Shown: positions 29,731-35,015 of the stretch, one piece after another
Numbering within the stretch: position 1 is the first letter of the stretch
Layout of the letters: each line of letters starts with the position of its first letter
DNA from: Actinomycetota bacterium
Lineage (GTDB): Bacteria > Actinomycetota > Acidimicrobiia > Acidimicrobiales > WLNW01
Direction of reading: 5' to 3'
DNA length: 35,015 nucleotides
Assembly: GCA_043738925.1 (NCBI GenBank)
Contig: JAYUFA010000285.1
Coordinates: 1 to 35,015 of the forward strand
Notes under the pieces: model-generated
Seen by the model: only the letters and a program-made list of their open reading frames with translations
What the model was told of the DNA's origin: nothing
Databases searched by the model: none
Translations under genes and position numbers: made by a program

Positions 29731-32202
29731 CTATGAACTCCGGTCGAGGACTACCTTCGCCGCAACCAGTGCTTCGATCGACGCTTCGTCGTAGCCCAGT
29801 TCGCGCAGGATGGGGCCGGTGTGCTGGCCGGGCACGAACGGCGGGCCCCATATCTTGCCTGGCGTTTCGGACAGGTCGACGAGCAGTCCCATCACATCGA
29901 TACGCCCGACCTTCGGGTGGCGGTACGACGTCACCCACCCCTTGTCGATGAACTCCGGATCATCGAACAGCGACAGCACGAAGTCAGGTGACGAGACCTC
30001 ACACGGCACATCGGCCTCGTCGAGCACCGCGAACCAATGCGTCGCTTCGTGCGTAGCGAACACCGCACCAAGTTGATCTACAAGCCCGCGGTCGTGCTCA
30101 GAGCGCGCCCCGGCCGAGGCGAAGCGCTCGTCGCTTGCCAGATCATCGCGACCGATGGCATGCACGAGCCGGTCGTAGCCGCCCTGATCGAGCACCGCGA
30201 TGCAAAGCCACGTATCGGCGGCGCAGGGATAGACACGGTAGAGCGAACTCCAGCCCAGCTCGTCCTTGTCGAGGCTCGGCCGTCGACCGACCACAGACGC
30301 ATCCGGCGAAATCCACGCGCTCGACGCGTTCAACAGCTGCGCGTACACGATCGCCGTGTCAAGAAACTGGCCCTCACCCGTTCGGTCGCGATGGGCTAAC
30401 GCCTGCACCATGCCGATCGCCGACAGAAAGCCGTTGCCGGTGTCGCCGAGCGACGTGGTCGACCACACCGGATGGCCGCCGTCGTCGAGACCGCCGTCCA
30501 TCCACGTGGTTCCCGCGAGAGCAGCGCCGGTTTGGTCGTTGCCGGGCAACGTCGACCGGATGCCTTTTTCGAAGCCCCGCGTGTGGCAGTAGATCAGCGC
30601 AGGATTGATGGCTCGCAACGATTCGTAGTCGACACCGAGTCGAACCGCGGCCTCGTAACGCATGTTGTGCTGCACGATGTCAGCTTCGGCCACCAACCTG
30701 CGGAGCAATTCCATGCCCTCTGCGGTCTTCAGGTTCACCGCAATGCTGCGCTTGCCACGGTTGCAACACATCGCGATGTGGTTGCTCATCCAGTAGTCGT
30801 CGGTGAGCGTGTTCACCTTGATGACTTCGGCACCGAGATCGGCCAACAGCTGCGTACCGAACGGCCCAGCAACCGCGAGCCCCAGATCGAGTACGCGCAC
30901 ACCTTCGAGGGGCGAACTGAGTGTGTCGCGCGTTGGCGACAACGACTGCGTCGCACGCGACGGTTCGCCGTGCGCGCGGTCGCGTATCTCGGCGGTGTGC
31001 TCGCCAACGCGCGGTGCCGGCGCCGGCTGACGAAACGGTGCCGACGACAAGTTGAGCACCGCGCCCACCTGACGGATCGGTCCGACCTCGGGATCGTCGA
31101 CCACGCACACGCAACCGTCCTCAAGAAAGAGCGGGTCGAGCAGGGCCTCCTCCGGTGAGCGCACCACTTGCACCGGCACGCCCACCAGCGCAGCCACATC
31201 GAGCCATTCGCTCGCCGGGAATCGCTCGACACACTCCTGGATCAACGGGGTCATCTCGTGCAGCACGAGCATCTCGTCGGGGTGCATGCCGATACGCGTC
31301 GACGAACGCCGGGGCGACTCCCCTTCGGTCCATTCGAGCTTCTCGCCTTGCGACACGCCAAACACGAAGCCGGGCAGCGGCACCCAGTGGTGTGTCCAAA
31401 GATCATCGGACGTCTTGAAAAATCCACGGGGTGCGCGTGGGTCGGTGATCCAGGTCTGGAAGTGCTCCGCTTCGGGATGCTCGACCCGCTGCCACGCGCC
31501 GAGGGTGGAACAGATCGCGCCTTGCATCAGCGAGGTGTGCACATGCTGACCGCGACCGGTGAGACCACGTACCCGTAGCGCGGCATTGATGCCGAGCGTC
31601 GCGAGATACATGGCGGCCATGCTCGCCCACGGCACACCGGGCATGAGCGGCCCCGGCCGCTCGGCGCCCACCCAGCACCCTGGCGGAGCAACGACTCCGG
31701 GCAACATGCCCTCGACGCCGGCCAGCCGCGCGATGGTGCCACCAACGGTGCCCCGGCCTTCCCACATGTGCCCGGTACGGGCGGAAACCAGCGCGTCATA
31801 CGCCGGCCGATCGGCGTACTTGCCATCGACACCGTAGCCCGTGATTGTGCAGTGGATGAGACGTGGATTTCGGGCGCGCAGCGTTTCCCAATCGACGCCG
31901 AGCGCCGCGGCAACACCGGTGGCAAAGCTCTCGATCACGACATCGGCGCGGTCGACCAGCGCCAGAAAGGTCGCCCGGTCGAGCTCGTCGCGCAGGTCGA
32001 GCACCGCGCTTTTTTTGTTGCGCTGCCACACGCGATAGCCCGACAGCATCGAGCGGAACGGATCGCCGCCAGGCGGCTCGATCTTTATGACCTCGGCGCC
32101 GGCGTCACCGAGCATCATGGCCGCCGCAGGCCCACTGATCCCCCACGACAGATCGAGCACCATCACACCGTCGAGTACGCCAAGCGCGGCAGCTTGCGCC
32201 AT
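29731..32202 (-). CDS. Tandem-domain family III (CaiB/BaiF) CoA-transferase
   Basis: Two copies of the N-terminal signature: LDGVMVLDLSWGISGPAAAMMLGDAGAEVIKIEPPGGDP near 32170 and LEGVRVLDLGLAVAGPFGTQLLADLGAEVIKV near 30900. ATG at 32202 with a GAGGGA RBS; alternative ATG at 32223. Confidence 0.85.
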   Translation of the reverse strand: MAQAAALGVLDGVMVLDLSWGISGPAAAMMLGDAGAEVIKIEPPGGDPFRSMLSGYRVWQRNKKSAVLDLRDELDRATFLALVDRADVVIESFATGVAAALGVDWETLRARNPRLIHCTITGYGVDGKYADRPAYDALVSARTGHMWEGRGTVGGTIARLAGVEGMLPGVVAPPGCWVGAERPGPLMPGVPWASMAAMYLATLGINAALRVRGLTGRGQHVHTSLMQGAICSTLGAWQRVEHPEAEHFQTWITDPRAPRGFFKTSDDLWTHHWVPLPGFVFGVSQGEKLEWTEGESPRRSSTRIGMHPDEMLVLHEMTPLIQECVERFPASEWLDVAALVGVPVQVVRSPEEALLDPLFLEDGCVCVVDDPEVGPIRQVGAVLNLSSAPFRQPAPAPRVGEHTAEIRDRAHGEPSRATQSLSPTRDTLSSPLEGVRVLDLGLAVAGPFGTQLLADLGAEVIKVNTLTDDYWMSNHIAMCCNRGKRSIAVNLKTAEGMELLRRLVAEADIVQHNMRYEAAVRLGVDYESLRAINPALIYCHTRGFEKGIRSTLPGNDQTGAALAGTTWMDGGLDDGGHPVWSTTSLGDTGNGFLSAIGMVQALAHRDRTGEGQFLDTAIVYAQLLNASSAWISPDASVVGRRPSLDKDELGWSSLYRVYPCAADTWLCIAVLDQGGYDRLVHAIGRDDLASDERFASAGARSEHDRGLVDQLGAVFATHEATHWFAVLDEADVPCEVSSPDFVLSLFDDPEFIDKGWVTSYRHPKVGRIDVMGLLVDLSETPGKIWGPPFVPGQHTGPILRELGYDEASIEALVAAKVVLDRSS

Positions 32203-32256
32203 CGTCAATCCCTCGCCCCTCATCGAACGATCTGGTGCATGATGAACCAGACTCGT

Positions 32257-32266
32257 CGATGCATCG
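32257..32266. promoter_or_regulatory. Perfect 10-bp palindrome CGATGCATCG in the divergent intergenic region, next to CTGGT-N9-ACCAG (32232-32250)
   Basis: Read directly in the 98-nt gap between the divergently transcribed CoA-transferase and Mo-hydroxylase genes. Confidence 0.3.
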
Positions 32267-32300
32267 TACGTCGCGCACACGAGAGCCTTCGAGGGGAAAT

Positions 32301-34553
32301 GTGAAGCGGTTCGAGGGTCTGGTCGAAGGGTCGGCGCGATTCGCAGCCGATCTCGCCGTCGAAGGCGCCTTGCACCTCGTCTTCGTGCGATCTCCGCATG
32401 CACATGCGCGCATTTCGAACGTCGACACGACGAGCGCGCTCGCGATGGACGGGGTCGCCGCAGTGTTCACTGCGGGCGACCTCGCGATGATCCCCGTCTG
32501 GGAGATCCACATCATCCCCGAGACGCTCGGTCAACCACCGCTCGCGGTTGACACGGTGCGCTACGTCGGTGAGCGCGTCGTTGCTGTCGTGGCCGACACC
32601 CTCGCTCACGCTCTCGACGCCGCCGAACACGTCGTGATCGACTATGACCCGCTGCCAGCGGTGCTCGATCCGATGCTCGCACGACAGCCGACCGGCGCCT
32701 GGGTACTACCCGCGCTCGCATCAAACGTCGCACTGCATTGGTCGACCGAACCCGATCAGACGCGGCTACCCGATGACGCGCCGCTTCGTGTCACGGGCTC
32801 GATCCACATGCCACGCCTCGCGGTCGCGCCTCTCGAATGCCTGTCGATCGTCGTCGTGCCCGGGCCCGACGACACGCTGGTCGTGCATCCGGCAACCCAG
32901 AGCCCGCACGGCACGCGTGTTCAGCTGGCCCGCTCACTCGCGATGTCGTTCACCAACATCCGCGTTGTGGTCCCCTACGTCGGCGGCGGGTTCGGCGGCA
33001 AAGCAGTCGGAGGCATTGTCGACTATGTGGTGTGCGCCGCGGCGGCGCGGGCGTTGCAACGCCCCGTGCGCTACGTCGAGCAACGAGGCGACAACCTGAC
33101 GACGATGCACGGCCGCGGCATGCGGCTTCGTTACACCGTGGACGCGACGAGCGAAGGCATCGTTCGTCTGCTCGACGTGCACCAGCTCGCCGACTGCGGC
33201 GCATACCCCACGACCAACGCTGTAGAGCCGGGCAAGACACAGCTGATGTCATGTGGTCCGTATCGCATCGAGCACGTGCGCTTCGACGGATCAAGCGTGC
33301 TCACCAACCTCGCACCATCGGGTGCCTATCGAGGACCAGGTCGATCCGAGGCCGCTGCCGTACTCGAGGACGCGATGGACGCCGTTGCGCGCGCCTTGAA
33401 GATCGACCCCACCGAGGTGCGGCGGCGGAACCTGCTCCGACCCGAGGACGCACCACTCGTGTCGCCGACCGGCACCCGCTACGACGGCACCGACTTCGTC
33501 GCGATGCTCGACGCCGTGCTGATCAATGCGCACTACGACGACCTGCGCGTAGAACAGGAAGAGCGACGTTCACGCGAGGACCGCACACAGCTCGGCATCG
33601 GCGTATCGACCATCGTTGATTCGAGCGCGTGGTTCGCGCGCGACGAGTCCCTGAGCGTGTGGGTGACCGCGCAAGGCCGGGTGCAGGTGCGCGCGATCAG
33701 TGCGTCCGCCGGCCAGGACCACGGCACTGCATTCGCGGCGATCGTGTCGTCAGTGTTGCCAGTCGCCGCCGCCGACATCGACGTCATCGAGGGAGACACC
33801 GACGGCTTCGACCACGGCTTCGGTTCGTCGGGGTCGCGGACGATCCAACTTGCCGGAAGCGCAGTACACCAGGCATCGATGATCTTGCTCGATCGCCTGC
33901 GCACACTCGCAGCGCAGTACCTCGAAGCGGCGGTGGCCGACATCACGGTCAATGATCGTGTCTTCGCCGTTCGCGGTGTGCCCGCGCGCTCGGTCACTCT
34001 CGGCGCACTGGCGCGCTTCACACACGAACACCGCGACGAGTGGCCCGAAATCGAGACGAGCCTTGACGCGTCGTGCACGTTCGCGCAGGAACACGCCACG
34101 TATCCGTCGATGGCAGCGGTGGTCTGCGTTGAAGTCGACACCGAGACAGGCCAGGCGCGGATACGCAGCCACCACTCGGTAGCCGACTGCGGTCGTGTCA
34201 TCGACCCACCCAGCGCGCGCGGTCAGGTGATCGGCGCGAACGCGCAAGCGATCGGCCAGGTTCTGTTCGAGGCCATTGTCTATGACGAGGCCGGCAATCC
34301 GCGCAACGCGAGCCTTGCGGAATACCTCATGACCTCCGCGGCCGAACAACCAGCGACCCACGAAACCAGCTTCACCAACCTGCCGACGAGCATGAATCCG
34401 ATCGGCGCAAAGGGAGTCGGCGAACTCGGCATGGTTGGCACGCCGGCCGCGGTGCGGAGCGCGCTGATCGACGCGCTCGCGCCGTTCGGGGTGACCTCGC
34501 TGGACTTGCCGTGCACCCCCGAGCGGCTGTGGCGGGCCATCAACGACCGGTGA
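32301..34553 (+). CDS. Xanthine dehydrogenase/aldehyde oxidase family molybdopterin-binding large subunit (CoxL-like)
   Basis: GTG at 32301 with GAGGGG 5 nt upstream. Family-typical regions FAADLAVEGALHLVFVRSPHAHARI, GGGFGGK, AYRGPGR and GAKGVGELG. Confidence 0.85.
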   Translation: MKRFEGLVEGSARFAADLAVEGALHLVFVRSPHAHARISNVDTTSALAMDGVAAVFTAGDLAMIPVWEIHIIPETLGQPPLAVDTVRYVGERVVAVVADTLAHALDAAEHVVIDYDPLPAVLDPMLARQPTGAWVLPALASNVALHWSTEPDQTRLPDDAPLRVTGSIHMPRLAVAPLECLSIVVVPGPDDTLVVHPATQSPHGTRVQLARSLAMSFTNIRVVVPYVGGGFGGKAVGGIVDYVVCAAAARALQRPVRYVEQRGDNLTTMHGRGMRLRYTVDATSEGIVRLLDVHQLADCGAYPTTNAVEPGKTQLMSCGPYRIEHVRFDGSSVLTNLAPSGAYRGPGRSEAAAVLEDAMDAVARALKIDPTEVRRRNLLRPEDAPLVSPTGTRYDGTDFVAMLDAVLINAHYDDLRVEQEERRSREDRTQLGIGVSTIVDSSAWFARDESLSVWVTAQGRVQVRAISASAGQDHGTAFAAIVSSVLPVAAADIDVIEGDTDGFDHGFGSSGSRTIQLAGSAVHQASMILLDRLRTLAAQYLEAAVADITVNDRVFAVRGVPARSVTLGALARFTHEHRDEWPEIETSLDASCTFAQEHATYPSMAAVVCVEVDTETGQARIRSHHSVADCGRVIDPPSARGQVIGANAQAIGQVLFEAIVYDEAGNPRNASLAEYLMTSAAEQPATHETSFTNLPTSMNPIGAKGVGELGMVGTPAAVRSALIDALAPFGVTSLDLPCTPERLWRAINDR

Positions 34554-35015
34554 TCATGCCGCCGTCGACCGTGTACAACTGGCCGCTGATCCACGCTCCT
34601 TGATCGCTGCACAGAAACACAACCATGTTCGCGATGTCGTCGCCTGAACCGGCACGACCCAGCGGGATGCTCGAGGCAATCATCTGATCCCAACGCTCAC
34701 CGCGGCCGACATCGTCCATACGAAACGTGTCGATGATCCCGGGGCACACAGCGTTGACGCGCACCTGATGTGGGCCCATCTCGGACGCCATAGCGCACGT
34801 CAGCGCGTGGATGCCGGCTTTGGATGCGGCATACGCCGCAGTGCGTCCCGCCATCATTTTGCCGCCGATCGACGAGATGTTCACGATGCTGCCGCCCTGA
34901 CCCTGGTCGACGAGCACACGGCCGAACGCACGGCTCATCAGGAACGAGCCGTTCAAATTCGTCTCGATGACGTTGCGCCACACATCGATGTCGAGGTCGA
35001 TCACCGGCACCCGAT
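34540..35015 (-). CDS. Short-chain dehydrogenase/reductase (SDR), 5'-truncated by the window edge
   Basis: NISS...YAASKAG catalytic Ser and YxxxK motif, VNAVCPGIIDT, and C-terminal GQLYTVDGG. The reading frame is open to position 35015. It overlaps the 3' end of the Mo-subunit gene convergently by 14 nt. Confidence 0.85.
   Translation of the reverse strand, partial: RVPVIDLDIDVWRNVIETNLNGSFLMSRAFGRVLVDQGQGGSIVNISSIGGKMMAGRTAAYAASKAGIHALTCAMASEMGPHQVRVNAVCPGIIDTFRMDDVGRGERWDQMIASSIPLGRAGSGDDIANMVVFLCSDQGAWISGQLYTVDGGMITGR

Overview
High-GC, Actinomycetota-like chromosomal segment with dense coding and many 4-nt start/stop overlaps. No transposase, integrase or CRISPR array was seen. All calls come from reading the six-frame translations and the DNA by eye; no database search was run.

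Gene content, left to right:
- **1-8 kb, nitrate/nitrite operon.** narK-nirB-nirD, then a 4x[4Fe-4S] protein fused to a DmsC-like membrane anchor, then a Nas/NarB-type molybdopterin nitrate reductase with no Tat signal.
- **8-10.4 kb.** A DHA2 MFS exporter and an overlapping TetR regulator, with a perfect 10-bp inverted repeat upstream.
- **10.5-12.7 kb.** A DUF2510-tailed membrane protein, and a metal-dependent cyclase/arylformamidase-family gene.
- **12.9-24.6 kb, the standout.** A self-contained three-gene hybrid NRPS-PKS locus:
  - A starter NRPS with formyltransferase, a C-domain remnant, an A domain split between A4 and A5 by a luciferase-like monooxygenase, and a PCP. The hand-derived specificity code is glycine-like.
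  - A PKS with KS-AT-KR-DH in non-canonical order, a PCP-type carrier and a TE.
  - A translationally coupled Sfp/EntD-type PPTase.
- **About 25.1 kb.** A well-folded tRNA whose body looks like a bacterial class II tRNA-Tyr but which carries anticodon GCA and discriminator U73, the Cys identity elements.
- **25.3-35 kb, metabolic and cell-wall genes.** An alpha/beta hydrolase, a stand-alone riboflavin kinase domain coupled to an amidohydrolase_2, a coiled-coil M15/VanY peptidase, a Thr-rich secreted protein, a double-domain CaiB CoA-transferase, an orphan xanthine-dehydrogenase-family Mo subunit, and a truncated SDR.
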